This document shows positions 34,799-46,556 of a stretch of DNA of 64,000 bases, one piece after another. Each line of letters opens with the position of its first letter. Within the stretch, counting starts at the first letter, position 1. Source of the stretch: Patescibacteria group bacterium. Lineage in GTDB: Bacteria > Patescibacteriota > Patescibacteriia > SG8-24 > DYFX01. The stretch lies in assembly GCA_041659045.1 (NCBI GenBank), contig JBAZZB010000004.1, forward strand, positions 28,129-92,128, written 5' to 3'. The notes under the pieces were generated by a model. It was not told the origin of the DNA, made no database searches, and saw nothing but the letters and a program-made list of their open reading frames with translations. A program made the position numbers and the translations under genes.

Positions 34799-35739
34799 AA
34801 AGCACCTTAGAGGGAATCTTGTCGACACTCGCGTATCACGACAGCTTCGACGTTCCGCTCACGGTGCAGGAAATTGTTTTCGCGTTGCCGGCAAACGAAG
34901 GCGCACGGCCCACGTTTGGAGAAGTGGAACTGGCGCTCGACCACGCACTTTCGCGCGGCCTTGTCGCTTCATCGGAAGGATTCTATTGCTTGCCGGGCCG
35001 CGCAGAGATCATTCCAGTGCGAAAATCTCGATACGCGCTAGCAGAAGGGAAGTACGCGCGCGTTCGCAAGTTTTTACGGCTCGCGCGTCACGCTCCCTAT
35101 TTGCGTGCGGCGTTCGTTTGCAATACGCTCGCGCGCTCCAACGCGCGCTCCGAAAGCGATATCGATCTTTATCTCGTCACCTCGCCGAAGCGCATTTGGC
35201 TGACTCGCTTGTTTGTGACTGGCTTGGCGACGCTTTTGCGCGTGCGTCCTACGGAAACGGAATCGGCAGATCGTATCTGTCTTAGTTTTTTCGTGACAAG
35301 TGACGCGCTGAACTTGCGTTCGCTCGCGATCGAAGATGACGTTTATCTCGCGCATTGGCTGCATGAGCTGTATCCCGTGTACGACGAAGCCGGCATTGCG
35401 CGGCGCGCCTATGTTGAAAACGGCTGGCTACGAGACGTGTTGCCGGGGACCCGCGTGCAGGCACCCTCGCAGCGTCGCGCGCTTCCGTTGTCTTGGCGTG
35501 CGGGAAAAAACTCCGTTGAGCGCGTGCTCGACGCCGTATTCGGTGATCGACTTGAGCGATGGGCAAAGCGCCGTCAACTTGCCTGGTTGCCGCCGGGACT
35601 CCGTGCCGCCGCAGGCACGCCGTCGTCCGATGTCGTGCTGACTGATACGGTTCTGAAATTCCACGACCACGACCGCCGCGCCGAAATTAGAGATTCGTAT
35701 CGCGAAAAAAACGCCCATGTCCTTCGCTCTCTGGCGTGA
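34795..35739 (+). CDS. Nucleotidyltransferase-like hypothetical protein
   Basis: TLAY.D.F..PLT..EI, NTLA......SDIDLYLV, RICLSFFV. Confidence 0.7.
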   Translation: MKSTLEGILSTLAYHDSFDVPLTVQEIVFALPANEGARPTFGEVELALDHALSRGLVASSEGFYCLPGRAEIIPVRKSRYALAEGKYARVRKFLRLARHAPYLRAAFVCNTLARSNARSESDIDLYLVTSPKRIWLTRLFVTGLATLLRVRPTETESADRICLSFFVTSDALNLRSLAIEDDVYLAHWLHELYPVYDEAGIARRAYVENGWLRDVLPGTRVQAPSQRRALPLSWRAGKNSVERVLDAVFGDRLERWAKRRQLAWLPPGLRAAAGTPSSDVVLTDTVLKFHDHDRRAEIRDSYREKNAHVLRSLA

Positions 35740-37021
35740 CCGCCTCACACTTCTCCTTGTCGCGCTGTTGCCATGGCAAGCGCGCTATATCAAGGAAACA
35801 GCAGCGTTGTTCGGCGTTCCGTGGGAACAAGGAACCGCGGCACTTTTTGCGCTCGACGTGCTGCTCCTCGGCGCAATCACCTGTCATTTACTGGATGTCG
35901 CGGTGTCCTGCGAACCACGAAAGGCGAGCGCACCCCTTTGGCTTGAGCTTTCCGCGATCATTCCGGTGTATGCGTTCCTCTCGGTCTATTGGGCCTACGA
36001 TACAACAGGTGCGCTGTTCTCGCTGATCCGTCTGTGCGAAGGATATGCGCTGGCGTATCTGTTGTGGGTTTCGAAAACACCTCTCGCTTCAATGCTGCGC
36101 GCGTTCGTTGTCGGCACGACGCTTTCCGCGGCGCTTGGTCTCTGGCAATTTTTCACGCAAACATCGTTTGCTTCGACTTGGCTGGGAATTTCCGCGCACC
36201 ACGCGCGAGAGGCCGGAGTCGCTGTTGTCGAGAATTCCTACGGTCGATTCTTGCGCGCCTATGGAACGTTGCCGCATCCAAACGTGCTTGGCGGCTACGC
36301 AGCCGCTGGTCTCGTGGCAACGCTTGCGCTTTCCATGCAAGCGCGACGCTACCGCCCCGCCTTGTTTGTTGCCGCGCTCGTGCTCGGTGCCGGGCTTGTC
36401 GCTTCATTTTCGCGCGCGGCGTGGCTCGCGGCCGCTTTCGCTTTTGCAACGGCGCTCCTGTTTCCTCGAGCGACGCGTACGGCAGAAGCGCGTCGTCATG
36501 CTGCTCCCGTGCTGCTCGCCGCACTTGGGGGAGCGGTCTGTGTCGCCCTCTTTGCCTTGCCAATGCTCTCAACACGCCTGTCATTCGACGGTCGTTTAGA
36601 AGCACGCTCCGTCGCTGAGCGCACGTCGTCCGCCGTGGATGGCACGGAAATGCTGCTTCGTTATTTCGCGACGGGCGTCGGTATTGGCAACTATCTGCCG
36701 ACCGTGTTTCTTTCGCTCGGTGTTCCGGACGACGTCTATACGAGGCAGCCGCCGCACTTCGTACCGCTCTTGGTCGGCGCGGAACTTGGATTTTTCGGCC
36801 TTGCGATTCTTCTGGGTTTTGTTTTTGCTTGGTGGTATGCCGCGCTCTGGCTTTTGCGTAGAACGACCTCAGCGCTTGTCGCCGTCACGTCCACGCTCCC
36901 CATTGTTATCGTTCTTGTGAGCTGTTTTGATCACTATCCCTACGACCTTCTTGCCGGCACGCTGTTGACCGGCGCGTGTTTCGGATTTTTCCTCAAAGCA
37001 GGCGAGGAGGATGTGGGTTGA
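35717..37021 (+). CDS. O-antigen ligase (Wzy_C) family membrane protein
   Basis: RAYGTLPHPNVLGG, SFSRAAWL, GVGIGNY, PPH...L...ELG. Confidence 0.88.
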   Translation: MSFALWRDRLTLLLVALLPWQARYIKETAALFGVPWEQGTAALFALDVLLLGAITCHLLDVAVSCEPRKASAPLWLELSAIIPVYAFLSVYWAYDTTGALFSLIRLCEGYALAYLLWVSKTPLASMLRAFVVGTTLSAALGLWQFFTQTSFASTWLGISAHHAREAGVAVVENSYGRFLRAYGTLPHPNVLGGYAAAGLVATLALSMQARRYRPALFVAALVLGAGLVASFSRAAWLAAAFAFATALLFPRATRTAEARRHAAPVLLAALGGAVCVALFALPMLSTRLSFDGRLEARSVAERTSSAVDGTEMLLRYFATGVGIGNYLPTVFLSLGVPDDVYTRQPPHFVPLLVGAELGFFGLAILLGFVFAWWYAALWLLRRTTSALVAVTSTLPIVIVLVSCFDHYPYDLLAGTLLTGACFGFFLKAGEEDVG

Positions 37022-37082
37022 CAGAACAGTTCGTTTCGACAAAGATATCCGTGGCCACGGCCAAAAAACCCAGGAGGCACGC

Positions 37083-37430
37083 GTGAAAACGAATCCAACG
37101 CATCAAATGTTCTACGAGGCCTTCGGTAGAACGTTCGGTTCTCTGGCGCTCTGGCCTGAGTTTCGAGAACAGCTTGTCGGCAAGATGTTCACCTTTGACC
37201 ACAAGGTCAATTCGCACGGCTCCCGACAGCTCTCTGGAACCATCACGGCGGTGGAAGTCTACGGCGACGTGCGCAACGCGGGGATTGTCCTGCACGTCTC
37301 GACCAGCCGGTTCTGGTCCTTCCACTTGATCAGCATTGAGTATCATGATGACCAGCGTTGCTGGTCGGCGAATGTTGAAAGTAGGGCTTCGAACTGTTGC
37401 GACTTGCCAGGAACGCTCACTCTGCACTGA
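37083..37430 (+). CDS. Hypothetical protein
   Basis: AGGAGG SD before GTG at 37083; TTGACA overlapping the upstream TGA. Confidence 0.6.
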   Translation: MKTNPTHQMFYEAFGRTFGSLALWPEFREQLVGKMFTFDHKVNSHGSRQLSGTITAVEVYGDVRNAGIVLHVSTSRFWSFHLISIEYHDDQRCWSANVESRASNCCDLPGTLTLH

Positions 37431-37599
37431 TCGAATCCCGGTAGCTTCTGACAAGGCGAGTCGCAAGGCAAGCCTTTATTTTTTTTGCGCGATTCCGTTT
37501 CCTCGAAGCAGACGAGGAGGAAGGAGGTTGACGCGCGGGCCTTTTGAGACTAGAGTGGAACATCCGTGGCACTTTCGCCCCGGAGCCTAGGAGGTTCAC

Positions 37600-38007
37600 G
37601 TGCTCAAGCCATCGCTCCTTCCCGCCTCTCGTCGTTTCGCGTCGATCTGGTACGTGTCGCTGATCTTCACCCTCGGCATGGTGTTCGGCGCCTTCGTGGC
37701 CATGCAGCCGAACGCCGATCACACGGTCGAGGTCCGCGTCACGTCCGCGCCCGAGCAGGTCAGCGTTCCGGCCACGTACAACATCGAGCCGTACCGCGCT
37801 GCGAGCACGCTCGCCTGTCACCTGCACGGCAACGACTTCTGCACCGATCGCATGCTGTCGTACGGGTCGATCGAGATCACGCCCGAGCTCTACTGGTCGA
37901 CCTACTCGGCCTACAACGACTGCCCGCTGGGCTCGCTCCACGTCATCTGGGACAACGAGTCCTACTGCGAACCCCGGCTGCTCCGTCTGAGCCTCTCTCG
38001 ATGGTAG
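37600..38007 (+). CDS. Membrane-anchored hypothetical protein with 4 Cys
   Basis: AGGAGG SD, promoter TTGACG-N17-TAGAGT, TM segment. Confidence 0.7.
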   Translation: MLKPSLLPASRRFASIWYVSLIFTLGMVFGAFVAMQPNADHTVEVRVTSAPEQVSVPATYNIEPYRAASTLACHLHGNDFCTDRMLSYGSIEITPELYWSTYSAYNDCPLGSLHVIWDNESYCEPRLLRLSLSRW

Positions 38008-38010
38008 CGG

Positions 38011-38355
38011 ATGCGTGATCACGCGCCCGCCATCGTCGTCTGCGTCGTCCTTGTCGTGTTGCTCATCGTGTACTTCTTCATCGGTCGTAGGCGCTGGGGC
38101 CTCGTCAAAGAGGGGATGTGTACGCACATCCTCCGTCGCGACTACGTTTGCTTCGCCGCGGTTTGTCCGTACACGTACGACGACCTCTACAGCGACGAAA
38201 CCGATACGGATTTCCACTTTGAGGACGGAACGTTCACTGTCGCTTGCAAAGCCGTGCACTACGACGGCCCGTTGCCCGCGCATATTCGTCTCGAGGTGAA
38301 CTGGCTCGGTTCATACCGCGTCGTCCCAACAACTCAAAAAGAAAAAGCCGCTTGA
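38011..38355 (+). CDS. Membrane-anchored hypothetical protein
   Basis: TM then GRRR, directly after previous ORF. Confidence 0.65.
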   Translation: MRDHAPAIVVCVVLVVLLIVYFFIGRRRWGLVKEGMCTHILRRDYVCFAAVCPYTYDDLYSDETDTDFHFEDGTFTVACKAVHYDGPLPAHIRLEVNWLGSYRVVPTTQKEKAA

Positions 38356-38415
38356 TCACGTCGTCCACGAACGATGTGATCTTTTCATTTTATCGTAATA
38401 AAAAATCGCCGTGGG

Positions 38416-38757
38416 CTACACGACGATAGAGAACTGGAGAACCATGAAGACGGTCACCCAGGCGAAGAAGACGAGTGCAGCGGCCAGGACAAGGAATCCG
38501 AGCCCCTGACCGCCGTCCGAGACACCCACGGCCCAGATGAGTAGCACGATGGCAATAATCGTCCAGACGGCGAGCAGTACACCGACCCCGATCTGGACGC
38601 TCTGAGCGTCGCTCACGATGCTCATGACGCCGGCGGCGATGTTGAATCCTGCGAAGAGAACGTACAGCAGGATGCGGCGTCCGTAGTGTGAGCGGCCGGC
38701 TTGATAGAGAGAGAGTAGAGCGCAGACGAACAGGAGAATTCCGACGGCGATGGTCAT
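38416..38757 (-). CDS. Four-TM hypothetical protein
   Basis: Hydrophobic ORF with AAGGGG SD and TTGACA-N17-TACCCT promoter. Confidence 0.7.
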   Translation of the reverse strand: MTIAVGILLFVCALLSLYQAGRSHYGRRILLYVLFAGFNIAAGVMSIVSDAQSVQIGVGVLLAVWTIIAIVLLIWAVGVSDGGQGLGFLVLAAALVFFAWVTVFMVLQFSIVV

Positions 38758-38829
38758 TGCGAACCCCTTGAGTTGATCTGCCAGAAGGGTAGTAAAGCGA
38801 CGCTTCTGTGTCAACGAAGGGTGGGGGAT

Positions 38830-38858
38830 TTGACAGGAAAAACGGGCCTACCTACAAT
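38830..38858 (+). promoter_or_regulatory. sigma70 promoter of groESL
   Basis: TTGACA-N17-TACAAT. Confidence 0.85.
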
Positions 38859-38862
38859 GCGG

Positions 38863-38889
38863 CTAGCAGCCGACAAGGCTGAGTGCTAA
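38863..38889 (+). promoter_or_regulatory. CIRCE element (HrcA operator)
   Basis: CTAGCAGCC-N9-GAGTGCTAA versus consensus TTAGCACTC-N9-GAGTGCTAA, just after the groES promoter. Confidence 0.85.
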
Positions 38890-38923
38890 TATCCAGTTTT
38901 TAATAGCATCACCGCGAACCTCT

Positions 38924-40896
<1,973 letters not shown>

Positions 40897-40903
40897 TACC
40901 CGT

Positions 40904-40930
40904 GTCATTCCCGCGAAAGCGGGAACCCAG
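40904..40930. repeat. REP-like palindrome (GTCATTCCCGCGAAAGCGGGAACCCAG)
   Basis: Matches the ATTCCC-N8-GGGAAT (dRS3-like) form with one mismatch; followed by terminator 40931-40955. Confidence 0.7.
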
Positions 40931-40985
40931 AAAACCGGCCGAGCGGCCGGTTTTTGGTATGAAAAAACCGACGGAGTTACGTCGG

Positions 40986-41327
40986 CTAGTAGATCGAGAT
41001 GCCGCGCTTGATACCCAACGCTTCGTCGTATCTTCGCGCGGCTTCGCGTACTTTTTCGAGTGCGTGCGGATGCTCGGTCATCCATTCCTGCCTGTTCGGC
41101 AGCGTACGGAAACCGGACGGGTCGTCGGCGAGCACGGTGTCGCCGCAGCTCGGGCAAAAGCAGAGCACCTTCTCAGCGGTCGCGCCGTCGTCGACAGGCA
41201 CCTTCTCGACGAACAGGTCGTCGTAACCGATCTCCAGCGTCGCGCCACAGCCGCCGCCGGCGTGCCGTCCGCAGGTCACGGCCTTCTTCCACGCGTAATC
41301 GTGCTTGCCGGGGATAATGACCTTCAT
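40986..41327 (-). CDS. Small zinc-ribbon hypothetical protein
   Basis: TC-x7-CG and CPSCG pairs; GGAGG/AAGGA SD; TTGACC-N17-TACGTT promoter. Confidence 0.75.
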   Translation of the reverse strand: MKVIIPGKHDYAWKKAVTCGRHAGGGCGATLEIGYDDLFVEKVPVDDGATAEKVLCFCPSCGDTVLADDPSGFRTLPNRQEWMTEHPHALEKVREAARRYDEALGIKRGISIY

Positions 41328-41419
41328 GCGTGTTCCTTCCTCCCTTGAGGTGTGTGCGGAACGTAACAAAAGAGTGCCATCCGGTCAAGAGTGGAGTATG
41401 ATAGAGGAGAAAATATCTT

Positions 41420-42097
41420 ATGCGCAACGGTGCTCAAATCTTGGTGGTCTCTGGCTTGTTTGCCGCGACGGTGATTGCGGCGCTTGTCTTGTTTGTTTCG
41501 AATGCGCCGAAGGCACCTGTCGTGCAGCCGGTGACGCCACAGCCTGTTACACAACCGCAGCCTGCGCCATCAACAAGCCACAAAATTTACACGAACACGC
41601 TGTCCGGTTTTTCCGTGCAGTATCCTGACACGATTCTGCACACAGAGGATACGCAAGACATGCAACTCTCCGGCTACATTCCGGTGTGTGATCCTGACTA
41701 CGCCGTCGTCTGCTTCCCGATTCCGAAAGATGCGTATGCAGGCACCAATTTCGGTTCCGCGGCGTTCGCGGTGCATCTTCGTGATGATTTGAAGACAAGT
41801 TCCGCTTGCGAAACATGGCAGGGCGGTGAGTTGGTTGATGGCGATGCGACGATCAACGGGACATCCTACAAAAAATTCTCATATAGCGAAGGGGCGATGA
41901 GTCATCGTCTCGACGGTGAAAACTACCGTACCTTCCGCGATGGAACATGCTTCGAGCTTTCGACGCGCGTTGCGACGACGGTTTTTGAAGTCTACGAACC
42001 CGGCACGGTCAAACTCTTTTCGGATGCCAACCGCTCCGCTCTCCAGGCCGCGCTCGACGCCATGCTGACAAGTTTCCGCTTCGCGAGCGGCTCTTGA
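41420..42097 (+). CDS. Exported/membrane-anchored hypothetical protein (PsbP-like pattern)
   Basis: TM, Pro-rich linker, YTNT..GFS.QYP...MLTSFRF. Confidence 0.75.
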   Translation: MRNGAQILVVSGLFAATVIAALVLFVSNAPKAPVVQPVTPQPVTQPQPAPSTSHKIYTNTLSGFSVQYPDTILHTEDTQDMQLSGYIPVCDPDYAVVCFPIPKDAYAGTNFGSAAFAVHLRDDLKTSSACETWQGGELVDGDATINGTSYKKFSYSEGAMSHRLDGENYRTFRDGTCFELSTRVATTVFEVYEPGTVKLFSDANRSALQAALDAMLTSFRFASGS

Positions 42098-42158
42098 TCA
42101 ATCGTTCTTGAATGAGCGGGCTTGAAATAAGGCCTAAAAAATGGTAGACTGATCGTAT

Positions 42159-42455
42159 ATGGATCAGGACGCCAAGAACCATCGTACGACCGCCGCACTC
42201 TCCTATGTGCTGCTTTTGTTTATCGTTCCGATGACGAAGAAAGACAGCGCCTTCTGCCAGTTCCACGCCAAGCAGGGGATCGTGCTCTTTATTACTTGGG
42301 TCGTCGTTTCGTTCTTCGCCTGGATTCCGTTTGTCGGCTGGGCTGCCTGGCTCTCGCTCCTCATCGTCAATGTCATGGCGCTCGTCAAAACGCTGAATGG
42401 CGAGATGTGGGAGTTGCCAATCTTGGGAAAATACGCTACACAGATCAAGCTGTAA
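42159..42455 (+). CDS. DUF4870-like membrane protein
   Basis: AALSY, FHAKQG, WIPFVGW, WELPILG. Confidence 0.8.
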   Translation: MDQDAKNHRTTAALSYVLLLFIVPMTKKDSAFCQFHAKQGIVLFITWVVVSFFAWIPFVGWAAWLSLLIVNVMALVKTLNGEMWELPILGKYATQIKL

Positions 42456-42481
42456 GTAAGGCATATCAACGTCGAAACGAT

Positions 42482-43625
42482 ATGAAGGATATTCTTGAAC
42501 GAGTCGGCGCGCTTTCCGAGCGCATCTCCTCCACACGGAGGTTACTTTGACGATGCTGCCACACGTGAAGAGCTGAAGAAGTACGAGGAGCAAATGCTCG
42601 ACCCGGCTTTTTGGAACACGCCGGACCGCGCAAAGGTTATCGCTCAACAGGTCAGCGAAATCCGCCGTGAACTCGAGACGTGGGATGTGATCGAGAAAGA
42701 CGCGGCAGATCTCAAGGAACTCGCTGCGGGCATGAAGCCGGAAGAGGAAAGCGAGTTCCGACCCGAAGTCGAAAAACAAATGGCCGAGCTCGAGAAGAAG
42801 TTTTCTGAGCTCGAGTTTTTAGTACTCTTTTCCGGACGCTACGACGCCTATAATGCGATTCTCACGTTCCATGCCGGGAGCGGAGGCACTGAAGCGCAGG
42901 ACTGGGCCGAGATGCTTTTCCGCATGATCACGCGGTTTTGCGAAAAGAAAGGTTGGACAGTGCGGATGCTGAACGAAAGCAAAGGCCAAGAAGCGGGGCT
43001 CAAGAGTGCGACGATCGAAGTCATCGGTCGCCACGCCTATGGCTATCTTCGCAGCGAGCACGGCGTCCACCGCCTCGTGCGCATCTCGCCGTTTGATGCC
43101 GCTAAAGCGCGCCACACGTCTTTTGCGTTGATTGAAGTGCTGCCCGACATCGGAGACACTGCGGACGTAAAGATCGATCCGAAGGATTTACGTATCGACA
43201 CGTTCCTCTCTGGTGGCCACGGTGGACAAGGCGTGCAGACGACCTACTCGGCCGTTCGTATCGTGCACATTCCGACCGGTATCATGACCACCTGCCAAAA
43301 CGAACGCTCGCAGCAGCAGAACCGCGAAAACGCCATGAAGATGCTGAAGGCCAAGCTCGCGGCCATCGAAGAAGAAAAGCATCAAAAAAATCTGCAGGGC
43401 ATCCGAGGCGAATATCACAGCGCCGAGTGGGGAAACCAGGCGCGTTCCTACGTGCTCCAGCCGTACCGCATGGTCAAAGACCACCGCACCAAGCATAAGA
43501 CGAGCGATACCGACGGCGTCTTGAACGGCAACTTTGACGAGTTCATCGAGGCCTACCTTAAATGGATGAAGGATCCAGAAGCCTATCTCAAATCCCATGC
43601 CCAAGACGACGAAGACGAAGAATAA
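42482..43625 (+). CDS. prfB: Peptide chain release factor 2 with programmed +1 frameshift
   Basis: ATG 42482, frame 0 ends GGAGG-TTA-CTT-TGA-C (TGA 42548-42550); +1 frame has SPF and GGQ motifs. Confidence 0.96.
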
Positions 43626-44541
43626 AACAGCGCTCGTCACCGGTGGTGCCGGTTTCATTGGCTCGCATCTTGTCGATCGTTTGATCGCCGAGGGTTTTAC
43701 GGTCGCGGTCGTCGATGACCTGACGAATGGACGACGCGAGTACCTTCACCCTGACGCGCACTTTTATAAGATCAGTATTACCGATCCGAAACTCGGTATC
43801 GTCTTTGCGGCAGAAAAACCGGAAACCGTCTTCCACCTCGCTGCACACATCGACGCGCGCGTCTCAGTGGAAGATCCGATTCATGACGCCGAAGTAAATG
43901 TGCACGGCTCTCTCCGCGTCTTGAAGGAATGCCTGAAGCACGGCGTGAAGAAAATTATCTTCTCCTCATCGGGCGGTGCGATCTATCACGACACCAAGAA
44001 ATTTCCGACGCCGGAAACCGAAGCGCCATCGCCGCTTACGCCCTACGGCGTTTCAAAGCTCGCCTTCGAATATTATTTGGAAACCGCGGCACATCACTAC
44101 GGTCTTTCCTACGTCGCGCTTCGCTACGCCAACGTCTACGGCCCGCGCCAAGATCAAAAAGGGGAGGGCGGCGTGATCGGTGTCTTTTGCAAGATGTTAA
44201 AAGACGGAAAAACACCCAAGATTTTTGGCGACGGCAAGCAGACGCGCGATTTTGTCTATGTCGGCGATGTCGTGGACGCCAACATGAAAGCGATGCGTGC
44301 CAAAGAATCCGGTGCCTACCACATCGCAACAGGCAAAGAAACAAACGTGAAGAATGTTGCCGCACTGATCGCCAAGGAATATGGCTGGAATGGCGTTTTT
44401 GGACGCGGTCCGACGCCAGCCGGCGACGTTCGTCGTAGTTGTTTGAAACCGCACCTCGCCAAGAAAAAACTCGGCTGGCAAGCGCGCGTGAAGATTCAAG
44501 ATGGAATCAAGCATACCGTCGCTTGGTTCAAGACGCGTTGA
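43597..44541 (+). CDS. NAD-dependent epimerase/dehydratase (UDP-glucose 4-epimerase-like)
   Basis: TGGAGFIGSH, YGVSK, LRYANVYGPRQ, TRDFVYV.DV. Confidence 0.92.
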   Translation: MPKTTKTKNKTALVTGGAGFIGSHLVDRLIAEGFTVAVVDDLTNGRREYLHPDAHFYKISITDPKLGIVFAAEKPETVFHLAAHIDARVSVEDPIHDAEVNVHGSLRVLKECLKHGVKKIIFSSSGGAIYHDTKKFPTPETEAPSPLTPYGVSKLAFEYYLETAAHHYGLSYVALRYANVYGPRQDQKGEGGVIGVFCKMLKDGKTPKIFGDGKQTRDFVYVGDVVDANMKAMRAKESGAYHIATGKETNVKNVAALIAKEYGWNGVFGRGPTPAGDVRRSCLKPHLAKKKLGWQARVKIQDGIKHTVAWFKTR

Positions 44542-44542
44542 T

Positions 44543-45163
44543 ATGTGGATCGCCAAAATTGATTTGAAAAAGCCCGACGCAGCGACGCTTGAAAAAGCCT
44601 CCGCGGCCTTGCGGCAAGGAGGCATCATCGTCTATCCGACCGAGACGGCCTATGCGCTCGGTTGTGATCCGCGCAATCCAGTAGCACTCAAAAAAATATT
44701 TTCGATCAAGAATCGCGACGCCTCCAAATCGCTACCGCTCATCGCTGCGTCCATAACGATGGCTCGCAAGTTCGCCGTGCTCGACCGCTACGCTTCGATG
44801 CTCGCCGATGCTTTTTGGCCCGGCCCGCTCACGCTCGTCGCTCCTCGGGTACCTGGTACCAAAGGGACAGGTGAGATTGCGCTCAGGGTGAGCCCAGCGC
44901 CGTGGGCCAAAGCGCTTTCTTTGGCGATAGGGAAGCCGATTGTTTCGACTTCGGCCAATCTTTCTGGGAGAAAAACGAGGTATGACGTTGCTTCTGTTCT
45001 TCGGGATTTAGGCTCCTTGCCTGACATGGTTCTTGATGCGGGCGTGTTGAAGGCGGCTCCACCATCCACCATTGTTCGTGCACAGGGCGGCTTTGTTGAG
45101 ATTCTTCGCGAGGGCTCGATTTCCGAAGACGATCTGCACCGCGCGCTCATGAAGCGTCTTTGA
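44543..45163 (+). CDS. tsaC: L-threonylcarbamoyladenylate synthase (YrdC/Sua5)
   Basis: YPTETAYALG, K.R...K, FWPGPLT, STSANLSG, PSTIV. Confidence 0.93.
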   Translation: MWIAKIDLKKPDAATLEKASAALRQGGIIVYPTETAYALGCDPRNPVALKKIFSIKNRDASKSLPLIAASITMARKFAVLDRYASMLADAFWPGPLTLVAPRVPGTKGTGEIALRVSPAPWAKALSLAIGKPIVSTSANLSGRKTRYDVASVLRDLGSLPDMVLDAGVLKAAPPSTIVRAQGGFVEILREGSISEDDLHRALMKRL

Positions 45164-45164
45164 T

Positions 45165-45944
45165 ATGCCGATTCGCCGCTACGGACAACATTTTCTGACC
45201 GACAAGACAATCATTGCGAAGATTGTCGCTGGTTCTGGTATTACAAAGGACGACTCGGTACTAGAAATCGGTCCTGGTCGAGGTGTTTTAACGCGCGCGC
45301 TCGCGGCTTCGGCTAAAAAAGTCCTGACCGTGGAGATCGATCGGCGGCTTCACGCGCTTTTGGAAGAAGAAGGGTTGCCAGCAAACGTCGAACTGCTTCG
45401 TGTCAACGCGCTTGAGCTTGATGAGGCCGCGCTCGAAGCCTCTCTCGGTGTCGATTGGAAGCTTGTCGCCAACCTGCCGTACGAAATTACGTCCAAAACG
45501 CTCGAAACATTTTTGCCGATGCGATCAAAAACCGGCAAGGGTCCCACGTCGGTCACACTCATGCTTCAAAAAGAAGTAGGGGAGCGCGTCACGGCCAAGC
45601 CAGGCGACATGAACCGTCTCGCGATCTTCTGTGGATATTATTCCGAACCGAAAATTCTCTTTAACGTCTCTGCTGGAGCCTTCTCTCCGCCGCCAAGGGT
45701 GCAGTCATGCGTCGTTCGTTTTGATATTCGGCCCTCGATAGCTCTTGATGGTCGACAAGAAGGTACGTTTTTTAAGCTGATTGCTCTTGGTTTCTCGGAA
45801 AAGCGCCGCCAACTCAAGAATACGTTGCGTTCGATGCTTGGTGACAACACTGCAGCTCTCCTTACGGCCGCCGGCATCTCACCGGAAGCGCGTCCTGAAG
45901 AAGTTCCGCCTGAAAAGTGGATAACGCTCGCACAAAAGATGTGA
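45165..45944 (+). CDS. rsmA: 16S rRNA m6,2A dimethyltransferase
   Basis: GQHFL, VLEIGPG.G.LT, VANLPYEIT, MLQKEV..R, F.PPPRV.S. Confidence 0.95.
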   Translation: MPIRRYGQHFLTDKTIIAKIVAGSGITKDDSVLEIGPGRGVLTRALAASAKKVLTVEIDRRLHALLEEEGLPANVELLRVNALELDEAALEASLGVDWKLVANLPYEITSKTLETFLPMRSKTGKGPTSVTLMLQKEVGERVTAKPGDMNRLAIFCGYYSEPKILFNVSAGAFSPPPRVQSCVVRFDIRPSIALDGRQEGTFFKLIALGFSEKRRQLKNTLRSMLGDNTAALLTAAGISPEARPEEVPPEKWITLAQKM

Positions 45945-45956
45945 TACTATGAGGCC

Positions 45957-46556
45957 ATGCCCGCTGATCTGCCGATCACGGACGAAAGGCCGGGGGAGCA
46001 CCGCGCTGGGGCGTGGGTTGTTTTGGTTATGGGCCTGATAGGTCTCGGTCTCGGAGCCTACCAATGGCGCGCTTCATTCCGCGCCGCGTTCGTCAGTCAG
46101 GCCGGAACGTTCAAAACTCCGGACCAAGTCGAACAGGAGGAGATCGAAGCGATGAAAACAAAAGATACCGACAACGACACGCTCAGTGACTTTGAAGAAA
46201 CCTACGTTTACAAAACGAGCCCGTACCTCAACGACTCCGACTCCGACGAAACGGATGATGCGACGGAGCTGAAGGCGGGGGAGGACCCAAATTGTCCCAA
46301 AGGAAAAAGTTGCATCGAATCTGGGCTGGCCGCGACATCGTCGTCGACGGGTGCGGTGGCTAGCTCAACTGCCCAGATTGAAGAAGATGCGATGAAACAG
46401 CTCCTTAATCCGACGCCTGCGCAGATTCGCGCGCTCCTCATCCAAAACGGTGTGAAGGAAAGCGATCTCTCGGGTATCGATGACACGACGTTGCTGACGC
46501 TCTATCAGCAGTCGCTCCAGGAAGTCCAAGCCAATGCCGACAAGAACTCCAACTAA
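45957..46556 (+). CDS. Membrane-anchored protein with thrombospondin-3-like Ca-binding repeats
   Basis: DTDNDTLSDFEE.....T.P...DSDSDETDD...GEDPNCP. Confidence 0.75.
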   Translation: MPADLPITDERPGEHRAGAWVVLVMGLIGLGLGAYQWRASFRAAFVSQAGTFKTPDQVEQEEIEAMKTKDTDNDTLSDFEETYVYKTSPYLNDSDSDETDDATELKAGEDPNCPKGKSCIESGLAATSSSTGAVASSTAQIEEDAMKQLLNPTPAQIRALLIQNGVKESDLSGIDDTTLLTLYQQSLQEVQANADKNSN

